This document shows, piece after piece, positions 20,966-31,469 of a stretch of 41,554 nucleotides of DNA. This DNA comes from Fonticula alba ATCC 38817. Lineage: Eukaryota > Protista > Nucleariida. Below the pieces are notes generated by a model, which worked only from the letters and a program-made list of their open reading frames with translations, made no database searches and was not told the DNA's origin. Within the stretch, counting starts at the first letter, position 1. Each line of letters starts with the position of its first letter. The translations under genes were made by a program, and so were the position numbers. Location: NCBI GenBank assembly GCA_000388065.2, contig KB932208.1; one strand, written 5' to 3'.

Positions 20966-23956
20966 CTATGAACGCCCGCTCAAGGCCCGCTCGAGGGCCA
21001 ACTGAATGTGATCGACGCTGGTGGGCACCGTGGTGGGGAGGACCTTTTGCGGGGGCGCCGGCTGCGGCTGGCTCTCCTCCACCTTGCGACAGGTGGCCAG
21101 GGCACTGGAATTCTGCTCGCGAGTCAGGTCGGACCGGCGCTGCAGCAGACGCGCCACGTGCGTCGAGGTGAGCGTGCCGCATACACGGCGCGACTCCTCG
21201 AAGAAGAGGTGGACATTGGTGTGCGGGCAGACGGTCATGCTGCATAGCGAGTGGATGAGCTTCAGGGCCTCCTCCAGGCGCCTGGGGTTTTGGATCAGCG
21301 GCCGGAAGAGAGCCCCGAGGGCCTCGGTGTCGGCCTTGAGCCGGCGCTCCAGCTCCCCCGGGCGGAAGACCGCCGCCCGGGAAAACAGGGCATCAATGTA
21401 GCACGCGACCACCTGCTCCAGGAGCATGACCCCCAGCTTGTCGAAGGAGTAGAGGGGAATGCGCGGCCGAATGTCCTCCATGTAATCGGCGAAGGTGGCA
21501 ATGACATCGGTCATGAGGTTTTCCTCATACCAGCGCCCGGTCAGCAACCCGCGCAACAGGCGGAAGGTATCACACAGCATCAGGAAGATGGCCCCGAACA
21601 GGGGGAAGGTGGCGCCCAGGCGCAAGTCACGCAGGGCCTCCTGCAGCGGGGCAAACAATGCCTCGCTCGGGCCCACCCGCGCCAGGAGCTTGCGCAGGTG
21701 GGCGATGAAGTCCGCGAGCAAATCCGAGCTCGAGGTCAGCGTATTGGACGTCAGAAGCAGGTACTCCACCAGCCCGCCGGGGATGTCATCCTCATCGTCC
21801 CCGCCGCCGGTCGGCGGCGAGGGGGTGCTTCCGGGGCCGAGGGCCGGCGACCCGGGCCCCGACCCGGGCGCCTCGTATGGCATCTCCTCCGACCAAAACC
21901 CGCCGGTGAGCATGGCCACCACGGCCGGCGGTAGGGCCGCCATGCCGGTGGGGGCCGGCGTCTGGAGGAAGGGGTTGGCCGGGGACTTGCTCGAGCCGGT
22001 GGTGGCCGGGCCGCTGGAGGACCCGCCCATGGCCGCCTCCTCCAGGGCCGGAAGCCGGACGCAGAAGAGCTCCACCGGGAAGACCGACAGCAGGAAGGGA
22101 TACCCGGACCCATAGTGCGCCAGGTACCGGCGCAACTCGATGACCACCATGCGCAGGAGGAAGAGCCGCGACTCGCCCAGCAGCCCGGCCGCCGAGGTGA
22201 GGAATTGCTCCACCAGCGGCAAGCTCGAGGAGGTGAGGGTCTGGTCCAGCTGCTGGTTGAGCATCTGGAAAAGAAGGACACTGGCCGTGGACCGGAAGTG
22301 CCCGGTGCCGGGGTCGATGGGGGGCGCATCGGTCCGCCGGATGAAGGCCTGGCGCTCGCGCTGAAGCAAATTCAACACCCACGTCCCAAGCATGACGGTC
22401 ACCTCGCGATTGTACCGCTGGTAGATGGTGGCCCGCTGGTCGGCCAGCAGGGGGGGGGACAGCCAATCGGCCGGCACCCCGAGGCGCCCGGTCATGGATG
22501 CCTGGTAGCCCTCGATGAATTGCAACAACACCAGCAGGTGCGGCCGCGAGAGCTTCGGGTCGCGCAGAATCCGCAGCAGCAGGTCATTGGTGTGGGCGTG
22601 GTATGCCCGTACAAAGAGCCGGGGCACCCCGAGGCTCGGGTCCACCAGCGGCCGGAGGAGATCCATCAATCGAACCACCGACGAGTCGATGAAGGCCGAC
22701 AGGGGCCCGAGAACCTCCGGCAGGGGGGTATGCCGGGCGAGGGCCGCAAATTCCGAGCTGATGGCCGTGGCCACCGCGGCCAGGGTCTTGCTTCGGAGGT
22801 CATACCGGAAGGAGTCCAGGATGTTGGCAGCCGACCGCATGTAATCCTGCTCGGCCCCGGGGGACAGGGCATCGGCGGCCGACGTGCCGCGGGGATTGGC
22901 CACGGCCGTCGGGGCCACGGCCGCCGCGCGTCGAAGGAGACTCGGCCGGTCGGCGACGGTGGCCGCACGGGCTGCCTCGGCGGCGGCCGCCGCCGCGAGC
23001 ACCTCATTCTGGTGGTCCAACACCACGGGGTCCGGCTCGAAGCACCGGCCATGCGGGTCGATGGTCATCGGCAGGGCCACCCCGGCGGCCAGCGACCGGT
23101 CGATCTCCTCGGCCTTGGCCACGATCACATAGAGGGCCACCACGGCCGAGGGGTTGACATCGGCCAGCCGGAGCTGCTCCCCGGCGATGGCCATCAGCAG
23201 GGCCTCAAATTCGGCCGCCAGACGGGTGGAATCCTCGATGATGAACTCCAGCAGGTCCAGCAGCCGGAAGCCAGACTGGGAGGGCGGCCGAGCGGCCACC
23301 GATGCCACACAATGCCGCTGGAATAGGCGAAGCCGGGCCAGCATCATGAAGACATACAGCTCGAATTGGGTATTCTCCAAGTCGGCCTGGTCGGCCTGGA
23401 TGCGCTGCCGCAGGTGAATGATCAACCCCTGCATGGATTCCAGGGTGGAGGTGATGTGCTGCACCTGCTCGGTCCGGCGGTGGGAGACATGCGCGAAAAA
23501 GAGCTTGTCAAAGTCGGGCAATGCCCCCTGCGCACTGGCACACAGCTGGATGGCCTGCGAGAGGGACTGCTCCACGGTGACCGCGTCGTCGAAGCGCTGC
23601 TGGATTTGGTTGGTCCAGCCGGAGGCCTGGTGGAGATGGTCCTGCAGGGCGATGCGCAGCTTGGACTGCCGGTCGTTGCGCACTTGGGCCAGGGATTCGC
23701 AGAACTCCGACAGGTCCGGCAGGATGTCCGATCCGAAGAAGTCCTCCAAGTTGGCCAGGACCTTCTCGTAGACCCGGTCAACCTCGAAGCGCCCGTCCGA
23801 GTCATAGATGTCCGATCCGCCCATCTGTGGCAGACCGGCGGGGGAGGGCGCGATCGTGGAGAAAAGCCCCCGCGCCGAGGAGGGCTGTGCGGGGTTGGCG
23901 CCGCCGTCGGCGGCTGCCCCGCCGGAGAAGGGCCCGGGCAGGCGGAGGCCAAACAT
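20966..23956 (-). CDS. SEC6: Exocyst component Sec6/EXOC3, single coding exon, about 996 aa
   Basis: N-terminal coiled coil and helical-rod segments typical of Sec6: FVRAYHAH...LLVLLQFIEGY, PPIDPGTGHFRSTASVLLFQMLNQQL, VEYLLLTSN and DVIATFADYMEDI. I place the start at MFGLRL (23956) because the upstream in-frame stretch is a CT-rich leader. Confidence 0.85.
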   Translation of the reverse strand: MFGLRLPGPFSGGAAADGGANPAQPSSARGLFSTIAPSPAGLPQMGGSDIYDSDGRFEVDRVYEKVLANLEDFFGSDILPDLSEFCESLAQVRNDRQSKLRIALQDHLHQASGWTNQIQQRFDDAVTVEQSLSQAIQLCASAQGALPDFDKLFFAHVSHRRTEQVQHITSTLESMQGLIIHLRQRIQADQADLENTQFELYVFMMLARLRLFQRHCVASVAARPPSQSGFRLLDLLEFIIEDSTRLAAEFEALLMAIAGEQLRLADVNPSAVVALYVIVAKAEEIDRSLAAGVALPMTIDPHGRCFEPDPVVLDHQNEVLAAAAAAEAARAATVADRPSLLRRAAAVAPTAVANPRGTSAADALSPGAEQDYMRSAANILDSFRYDLRSKTLAAVATAISSEFAALARHTPLPEVLGPLSAFIDSSVVRLMDLLRPLVDPSLGVPRLFVRAYHAHTNDLLLRILRDPKLSRPHLLVLLQFIEGYQASMTGRLGVPADWLSPPLLADQRATIYQRYNREVTVMLGTWVLNLLQRERQAFIRRTDAPPIDPGTGHFRSTASVLLFQMLNQQLDQTLTSSSLPLVEQFLTSAAGLLGESRLFLLRMVVIELRRYLAHYGSGYPFLLSVFPVELFCVRLPALEEAAMGGSSSGPATTGSSKSPANPFLQTPAPTGMAALPPAVVAMLTGGFWSEEMPYEAPGSGPGSPALGPGSTPSPPTGGGDDEDDIPGGLVEYLLLTSNTLTSSSDLLADFIAHLRKLLARVGPSEALFAPLQEALRDLRLGATFPLFGAIFLMLCDTFRLLRGLLTGRWYEENLMTDVIATFADYMEDIRPRIPLYSFDKLGVMLLEQVVACYIDALFSRAAVFRPGELERRLKADTEALGALFRPLIQNPRRLEEALKLIHSLCSMTVCPHTNVHLFFEESRRVCGTLTSTHVARLLQRRSDLTREQNSSALATCRKVEESQPQPAPPQKVLPTTVPTSVDHIQLALERALSGRS

Positions 23957-26900
23957 CGGGGACAGGCGCACGCGCGCGCGCGGGTGGGTGTTTCGAGGGG
24001 GCGAGAGACGCGCGAGGGGGGGGGGGGTGCGGGAGAAGAAGACGAGGGGAAGGAGGGAGGGAGAGGGAGAGGGAGAGGGAGAGAACAGTATGTACAAAGG
24101 AGGAGGTTGGCGGGAGGGGCTGTGGCCGGCCGCAGGGGCCCCGATCGGCTGGGCTGGCTGTTTAACGAGGGAAACCAGGGCCCCCCATGTGCATTCCCCC
24201 GGCCTGGGCCGCGCACAACGGGGCAGACACATTCCCCGCCCGGTGGAGGAGGGGGACCAGGGTCCGTTGGCAATCGGGCCGATCCCCGGCGTGGGAGATT
24301 ATTGGCAAGACGCGGGTGGAAAAGGGCACCGGCCGCCTCGGCCCGGTGGGAGATGGCCCGCCGGGGCCGTGCACACCGATGGAGGGCACCCAGTGGAGCC
24401 CGGCATTCGGGCTGCTTAGCCCGCTTGAGACCGGTCGACCGAGCCGCCTGCCCCACGAAGGTGTGTGGGAGCCTGGTGGGGATGAACGCCGTCGCGCGTG
24501 CCTCTTCCCCCCCCCTCCCCCCGCCTCAGGCGCCCGTGCCATCACGAATGGCCCCGGGGGAGCGACCAGCTCGACAGGACCGGCGCTGGCTGTGAGGCCG
24601 CCTCCCCTTCTGACCTGGGAGAGCCCGGGCCAGCGCGGTTGAGAGACCCCCATGCCGCTGGGCGGCTCGCCATTGCACCCAGCATTCACGAACGAAAGAC
24701 GGTCAACTTGTGGAGGCCACTGCGAGAGCCCACCTGGCAAGGCAAAATGACGTAGGGCATATGTGCGGCGGGCCGGGTGCACTCCCGAGTGCACTCGCCT
24801 TGGCTGGCGTCCACGAGGAGACGCGCAGGCTGCCGGAGGGCACACCCTTGGCACGGCCTAAATTCGGCGGATCCCAGACGAGGGGAGGCGGTGGACGGGC
24901 CGCCCCAATCGGCACCAAATGACCCACAACACACATCAGCATCCCAGGGCCGTTGGTGGTGTGATCCTTCGTGTGGCGACTTTTCTTGGGCGTGATCTCC
25001 GGCACGGGGAGCCGGGCATCCTTAACTCGTCGTGCGCCGACATTCTGCACCCTGCCTTTTTCAGGGAGCGAGGGCGGGGGGGGGGGGGGGGGGCCACGTA
25101 CTCCTTGGGGAACGAGGATGTTGTGGTCTGACCGTGTATACCCTTGCCCCGCCGCAACATCTGCCCTCGTCCCCAAATCATCACCACCCATGGCATTGGC
25201 ATCATTATTCCCCCGGACAGAAGGAAGGGGTACCGAGGGAGAAGGGGCCGGGGGGAGACGAAAACAATCACGCAGATGGGTACCTTGAAAGCGAGCATGT
25301 CACAACGGGGCCCGGGACTGCCTGGGCGGTGCTCAAACGCCCGGGCGTGCAGGCGGCGTCAGTGATCTCGGTCCTTCTTGGGCCCTTGGAGGGGGATGGG
25401 GGGGGGGGGGGCGCAGCTCTGTCGTCACCGTGTCGGGTACGAGAGGGACTCGCCCCGCACCCTGCCCCCTTACCCACATACACACACACATGCACATACA
25501 CGTAATACACCCCGGCGGTGGACTTGTCCGGCCCGGGCTCACGCGGGCCGGGTCCGAGGCTGGAGAGGGTGGGATCGGTAGTGGGCGCGGGGGACCCGGC
25601 TTCCGGGCCCCCGTTGTTCCTTCGGACAGGGCGGGCTAGGGGCCAGGGTCACAGGCGTCCCTGGGTTGGTGGATTTCGGGCGCCCGGCCTTTTGCCCTCG
25701 CTCCATCTCCCCCCCCCCCGCGCCCCTCGCCCCGGCCTAGGTGCCCGGGGGAGGGGGGAGTGGGGGGCCAGCTTCTCCGACCCAAGCCCGCTCCACATGT
25801 GGGCCGTGTGCATGCGGTTGTGCGGGAGGCGTGGCGGCCGGGGGCAGACGCAAAAGTGGGCGGCAAGGAGCCGGCTGCGTGGCGGAGGCGAAGACGCCGG
25901 CCGCCTCCTTGAGCATACGGGCTTGTGTGCGGAGCCAACGGGGCGAAGCTTCTCCAATATCGCGCGGCGCGTTGAAATTCGCCACCGTATATGTCATGGC
26001 TTTTCGCCTCTCCGGTGTTCCGCGCCCCCCCCCCCCTCCAGGCGACTGGAAAATCGAGAGCGCCCTCTCGCTCCGTGTGTGCATGTGTGTGTGGCCTCGC
26101 ACAGGGACGAGCTTCGATGCGAAAGCCGGACGCCGCACACATCGGCCCAGCGGAATAAGGGCGGGGATCCGCCAACGAGGCCGAACGGGCCGGATGGCTG
26201 CGCTCCTCGGTAAAGTGTGAGCCGGGGGGGGGGGGGGGGCGGCGGCGGCGAGGGCAGCGGTGTGCCCTGTGCCAGGGAGAGACTGCCAGGTCCGGGCGAG
26301 GCACGGGGAAGCCCCGGTCAGGGCGGGGGGCGGGAACGTCAGCCGGCGCCGCCGGGCAGAGCAGTGAAGGACCCCCCCTGCGAGCCAGTGGCATACAGCC
26401 ACGGGCTAGCAACCGGGGTACACGNNNNNNNNNNNNNNNNNNNNNNNNNNNNNNNNNNNNNNNNNNNNNNNNNNCAGGCCCTCATGCCGGCGAAGGGCGC
26501 GCGGCCGATCAGCCGGCCCGGACCGGCGCCGGCCCTCCCCTGCCCGGGCCCCAGATGACTGCCTGGGGCGACCCCGGGCGGGCGAGCGCGGCGGATTGTG
26601 GGATCGCGCGGGAACTTGCCACCGGCTGGCCCGCCCATTGAGCGCCAAAAGGGGGCCGAGGGGGGATTACAAAGCAACCAAGAGCCTAGTCACAGCATGG
26701 GGCCCAGAGCAGGCAGGGGCGGCTCGGGAAGGGGAGGGGTACCGCCGTCCCTCCCGTTTGCACATGTCCCAGCTACGCATATTATCCGGGGGAGCCCCGC
26801 TGAGGCGGTCAGCGCGCGGAAGGGGTAAATCTTCCGACCCCATCCTCCGGGGAGCGGGGGGCGGGGGGCGGGGGCGGGCCGCCCGACTTTTGTCTCGGGG

Positions 26901-27905
26901 GAGGAGGGGCGCAAGGCACAACGCACGGGCGTCTGTCTGGCCTGCGTGAGAGAGGGAGAGAGAGAGAGAGAGAGAGAGCACCGGGCTGTGTGGGTACCGC
27001 ACATAATATACACATGCGGGTGGTGGTCGAGGGTGTCTGGGATAATAGGCGCCATTTTTATTATCCCGCCATATTTTCCCCAGATGATTTCTCCCTCCCC
27101 AGAGACCAGACTCCAGGGGCCGGGGGGTAGAAGGTGGCCCGAACATTCCCTCTTCGATGATTCGGGCGCGGGCGCGGTCGTAAACGCCGGCATGAAAAAA
27201 GAAAAAAGAAAAACACCACGCCGGTTGGCGGGTTGTTATCCCCCGCCAGCCGGCCTCCCTCTCCCACCCGAAGAACCCCCCTTCCCCCCCCCGTGGGCTT
27301 GGAGGCCGGAAATTACGCAGGAGGCCACTCCCGGCGGCCATCCAGCGGCTTCGGCCCGCTCCTTGGGGGGGGGGGGGGGGGAGCGGCGTTCAAGCATGCC
27401 CCGCCAGAGGAATTACTCATCTTGTTAGTCAGGTCTTTCGGTGGGAGGTCTGGCGCCCCGGGGAGACGCCCAAGCCTCCGCCCCCCCCCCCCCCCCAGGA
27501 GGAGAGTCTGGGGTCAACGGTATGCGGCGAGTTGCCCAGCAGGGGCGTGGTTGCTGGGTATGCTCGGAAAATAGCTCACTTCGTATTCCCCCCACTCCTC
27601 CCCGCATCCCCCCTCACCCCGCGGGAGGCTGGGGGCGGCAAGGGCTTCGGGGCTTGCGGGCGCGCCGGTGCTGGCACGCGCCCTGCTCGCGCGTGTCATG
27701 CCCTCCAGCAGCTGGCCTGCGCCCGCCCTCTCGCCCGCTCGCCCGCCCCCTTCCCTCGGCTGCTCCCGGGGTCGGGAACGGGCCAGGTATGCCGCAAGGG
27801 GCATGTGCTGGTGCGCCACGCCCCCTTGCCGGCCGCTTGCTTGGGATGGGCGGCCGTGTGTGCGCTCCTGCCGGGCCGGTGTGTGCGATAATGCTCGCAT
27901 CGCAA

Positions 27906-27980
27906 CACACACACACGCACGCACGCACACACACGCACACACACACGCACGCACACACACACACACACACACGCACACAT
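27906..27980. repeat. (CA)n/(CACG)n alternating purine-pyrimidine microsatellite
   Basis: Read directly; upstream of the Myb-like gene. Confidence 0.9.
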
Positions 27981-28480
27981 GCGTACGCAAGTAAGGGGTG
28001 CACCTGCCCAGGGAAAAATCACGAAAATGATAATTGATTCGCAAGGCGAATTTCATTTTTGATAAGGCATGTTTTTCTTTTTCTCACACCGAACACCTGC
28101 ATCTCTCTAAATCCCGCTTCGCCTCCTTGCCCAAATCGTCTGCCTCCCCTCTTGCCTCTCCGCCTCCCCCCCCCTCCCTTCCCCACCCCCCGACTTGCAG
28201 GCGCCCCGCGTGCCTTACTTTTCCCTCCCTTCCGCGACCCCTCTCCCGCCCCCGGCCTCGGCGAGAGTACGAACCGGTACACCTGCCCCTCATTTCCACC
28301 CCCATCCGCAGCGTGTTGGTCGGTCGGTCGACTGATCGATCGGTCGGTCGGTCGGCCAGTCCCGCCTCTGCGCGCATTTGGTGTTGGCTAACCTCCCCTC
28401 CTCCCCCTCCCCCTCCCCCTCCCCCTCTGCCCGGCCCCGGAACTGACCCACCCCCAGGCCACTCACCAGGAGCCTCTCCC

Positions 28481-30529
28481 ATGTCCGGTGTTGGTAGCAC
28501 GCCCCCTCCGGCGGCCGTCAACCCTGAGACCTTGCCGATCCGAACGCTGACCCCGACGCCCGATGGCCGGAAGCGGCGAATCACCTTCTCCGCGCAGAAT
28601 GACATCGTCCTCCTGTCCGAGGTGGTCCGCCAGAACCCCTTCGCTGCCAAGTACGGCAACGTCCATGAAGCCTGGGCGCGCGTGGCGCAGGGCGTCACCC
28701 GGTCGGCCGCCGAGTCCGCCAACCTCCGGGTATCCCCCGGCCACTCGCCGGGTCCGTACCTGGTGCTGGACTCGCGCGGTGCGCGTGACCGCTTCGACCT
28801 GCTGGCGCGGAAGTTCCGCGAGCGTGACCTGCGCGGGCTCCGCAGTGGTGGCACCTACTCGGAGCTGGTGCGCAAGATCGAGCTCTTCCGCGAGGTGGGC
28901 TTCTGCATCCGGAATGCCGAGCGCGGCGACACCCACTCCTCCACCGTGGCCAAGAAGCTGGCAGTGGCTTCGCTGGATGAGATCGCCGAAGAGCTGCTCA
29001 CCCGGCTGAATCAGCCGAATGACAATGACTTTGAGTTCAATGACGATCCGCCGCGCTTTTCGTCCGCTGGCCAGGCCGCCGGCCAGGTTGGCCAGGCCGC
29101 TGGCCAGACTGCTCAGGCCGCTGGCCAGGCCGTCCAGGCCACGCCGGCCACTGGCCAGGCCGCCGCCGATGCGGCCGGAGCCCAGGCCACCCTGGCCAAT
29201 GCCACCAGCGCCTCGATGGCCGGCATGCTGGGCACCCCTCAGGGCGCCTTCCCCGGGCTGGCACTTGGCCCGGCGTCCATGGCGGCGGCGGCTGCCGCGG
29301 CCGCGGCAGTCGGGACCCCCCCCAGTGCGGCTGGCGTTTCGCCATACGGCGCCGGGCAGACGGGCCCTGGCGCCATGGCGGCGGCGGCGGCGGCGGCAGC
29401 GGCGGCAGCCGCCGCCACGTCCGGAACTCCCGGCCGACTGCCGGCACACCTGGCCTCCCTGACGCAGCTGGGTCTGCTCGGAGCCGGGGCCGGCGGCTCG
29501 CCGGGCGGGGCCGGCTTCCATGCAGCCCTGTCGGCCACCGGGTCGCAGCCGGGCGGCGGCGAGGGCTCGGCCGGGGCCACTGGCCTGCCCTCGGGCCTGC
29601 CTCTCTTCGATGCCGGGCACAAGTCCCCGGCCGATGTGTCTTCGGCTCTGGCCGCGGCGGCCGCCGCTTCTGGCGGTCTTGACCAGTCGCTGGTTGGGCA
29701 TGCGGCCCTGGCTGCCAGCCGGACGGCGGGCGCCACCACCGCGCCCCACACCCCGGGGCAGGTTCTGTCCACGAATGAATTGCTCGAGCGCGCCACCAAG
29801 CGCCATAAGCTGGATCAGCTGGCGGCTGGGGGTGTGGTCGATCCGGCGGCGGCCGCGGCGGCCGCCACGGCGGCTCTCCTCTCCGGCAGCAGCAATGCCA
29901 CCGGGGCCGGCAGCACGCCTGCGGCCAGTCGCTATGCCGCCATGGCCCTGCCCTTCCAGCACCTGGGCTTGGACTCGTCAGTTCTGTCGTCCCTCGGCGG
30001 GGCGGCGACCGCCTCGCTGGGTGGCACGACCCCCGGGGCCATGTCCACGGCCGGCAGTCTTTCGGCCACCGAGTCGCTGCTGACCGATCGGGTGAAGCTC
30101 TCCATTCAGGCCGATCGGCTGGAGATCGATCGGGCTCGGCTACAGGCCGAGGCTGCCGCCCGGCAGGCCGACATGGACCAGCGCCAGAAGGACCGGGATG
30201 CACTTGTGCGCCTTGGGAGTGAGCTTCTGACCGCCATGCGGCAGCAGCAGCAGCAGCAGGCCCGGTTCCAGGGATTGGTCCTCGAGCTGTTGGCCGAGAT
30301 CGCCGTCGGCGTTGGCCGGCCGACTGCCACGGCCGTTTCGCAGATCCCCCCGGGCGGCCCCTCGCCAGATGTGGCGACCACCACCGCGCCGGGCTCCTCG
30401 CCGGTGCTCACCCCTTCGGCCGGGACTTCGCCCGTGCTCCCGGCGCTGACTGTAACCGGTGACGCGGTGTCCTCTTCGCCGGTGATCGTCAGATCGCCGG
30501 GTAGCCCCCCTGGGGCGCCTCCCTCTTGA
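28481..30529 (+). CDS. Myb/SANT-like (trihelix/MADF-type) DNA-binding protein with an Ala/Gly-rich centre and C-terminal coiled coil, about 682 aa
   Basis: RKRRITFSAQNDIVLLSEVVRQNPFAAKYGNVHEAWARVA...ARDRFDLLARKFR...RSGG follows the F...D..LL..V...PF.......W..[VI]A...R.RF..L pattern. Coiled coil DRLEIDRARLQAEAAARQADMDQRQKDRD. The ORF is uninterrupted. Confidence 0.75.
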   Translation: MSGVGSTPPPAAVNPETLPIRTLTPTPDGRKRRITFSAQNDIVLLSEVVRQNPFAAKYGNVHEAWARVAQGVTRSAAESANLRVSPGHSPGPYLVLDSRGARDRFDLLARKFRERDLRGLRSGGTYSELVRKIELFREVGFCIRNAERGDTHSSTVAKKLAVASLDEIAEELLTRLNQPNDNDFEFNDDPPRFSSAGQAAGQVGQAAGQTAQAAGQAVQATPATGQAAADAAGAQATLANATSASMAGMLGTPQGAFPGLALGPASMAAAAAAAAAVGTPPSAAGVSPYGAGQTGPGAMAAAAAAAAAAAAATSGTPGRLPAHLASLTQLGLLGAGAGGSPGGAGFHAALSATGSQPGGGEGSAGATGLPSGLPLFDAGHKSPADVSSALAAAAAASGGLDQSLVGHAALAASRTAGATTAPHTPGQVLSTNELLERATKRHKLDQLAAGGVVDPAAAAAAATAALLSGSSNATGAGSTPAASRYAAMALPFQHLGLDSSVLSSLGGAATASLGGTTPGAMSTAGSLSATESLLTDRVKLSIQADRLEIDRARLQAEAAARQADMDQRQKDRDALVRLGSELLTAMRQQQQQQARFQGLVLELLAEIAVGVGRPTATAVSQIPPGGPSPDVATTTAPGSSPVLTPSAGTSPVLPALTVTGDAVSSSPVIVRSPGSPPGAPPS

Positions 30530-31228
30530 GGTGGGAAAGTGGGCGAAGGGGAAAGGGGAGGGGGGGGGGGAGGGACTGAGGGAGGATTGTCCTCGTACAT
30601 CAGATGTACATTCTTCTCCCTTGAGCTTTCTCGTCCTTGTTCCTCTCCCGCCGTCCGCGGAAATGCTCGGGAGCTTGCCCTCCTCCTCGTCCCTCGTCCC
30701 TCCCTCCCCCCCCCTTCTCCCGACGGTTTTTGCGGGAGGGGGGGGGGGGGGGGGTCACCGGAGCCTGCCCCCGTCCTTCTTCCTTGCCCGCTTCGCTTGG
30801 CCCCCTTCTTTCCTTCCCTCTCCCTCTCTCTGTCTCCCTCTCTTGCCCCTTAGCCTCTTCCCGAATATTACAGGGACCAGGTGCTCATGTGCTGTATACC
30901 ACCTCTTCTAAAATAATACCCCCCCTCAAAGTGCAACAAGAAGTGGAACAGGATGCTTGCTGGGCCTTTTTATTTGGTTGTGCTGGGCCCCGTCCAAAGA
31001 CACGTGCGACTTTCGCCCTGCCGCAGTCGGGATCAGACGCTCTGCTCTTTGGCCTGGACAAATGGAGAGGGGTGCACATTTGTGTGACGTGCTCCTATAC
31101 GCGGGGGATCTGTCCGCACGGAGGGAAAAAAAAAAGACGAAAAAGACGGGGCAGGGCAATCTGGGCAAATCCCACGGCGAGGGTGACTTTTGTTGTATTT
31201 GCACAAGGCAGATGTACACATACACAAC

Positions 31229-31279
31229 CACACACACACACACACACACACACACATGCATGCATGCATGCATGCATGC
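31229..31279. repeat. (CA)13 followed by (CATG)6
   Basis: Read directly; lies between the converging 3' ends of the Myb-like and oxygenase genes. Confidence 0.9.
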
Positions 31280-31469
31280 TGGCAGACGTGACAGGGCCAG
31301 GCGTGGACAAGCCCCTCACACACGTGCGCAATCCGCGTGAAATGCATGAAATGTGGACGGCAGCCCAGCAGCAGTGGCCAGGTGTCTGCCGCATGTGTCT
31401 CTAGACAAGGGCACATGGCCGGCCAGAGCACACATGCCCCCTTGGCCACATCCACTCGACCAGGCACAC

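Noticed and set aside
20966-24232. Track start of the 1088-aa ORF at 24232
   Set aside because: The first 92 codons are CT-repeat leader sequence. MFGLRL at 23956 is the more plausible start.
28034-28480. Track start of the 831-aa ORF at 28034
   Set aside because: The N-terminal 149 codons are pyrimidine-rich intron/UTR-like sequence ending in a branch point and acceptor at 28457.
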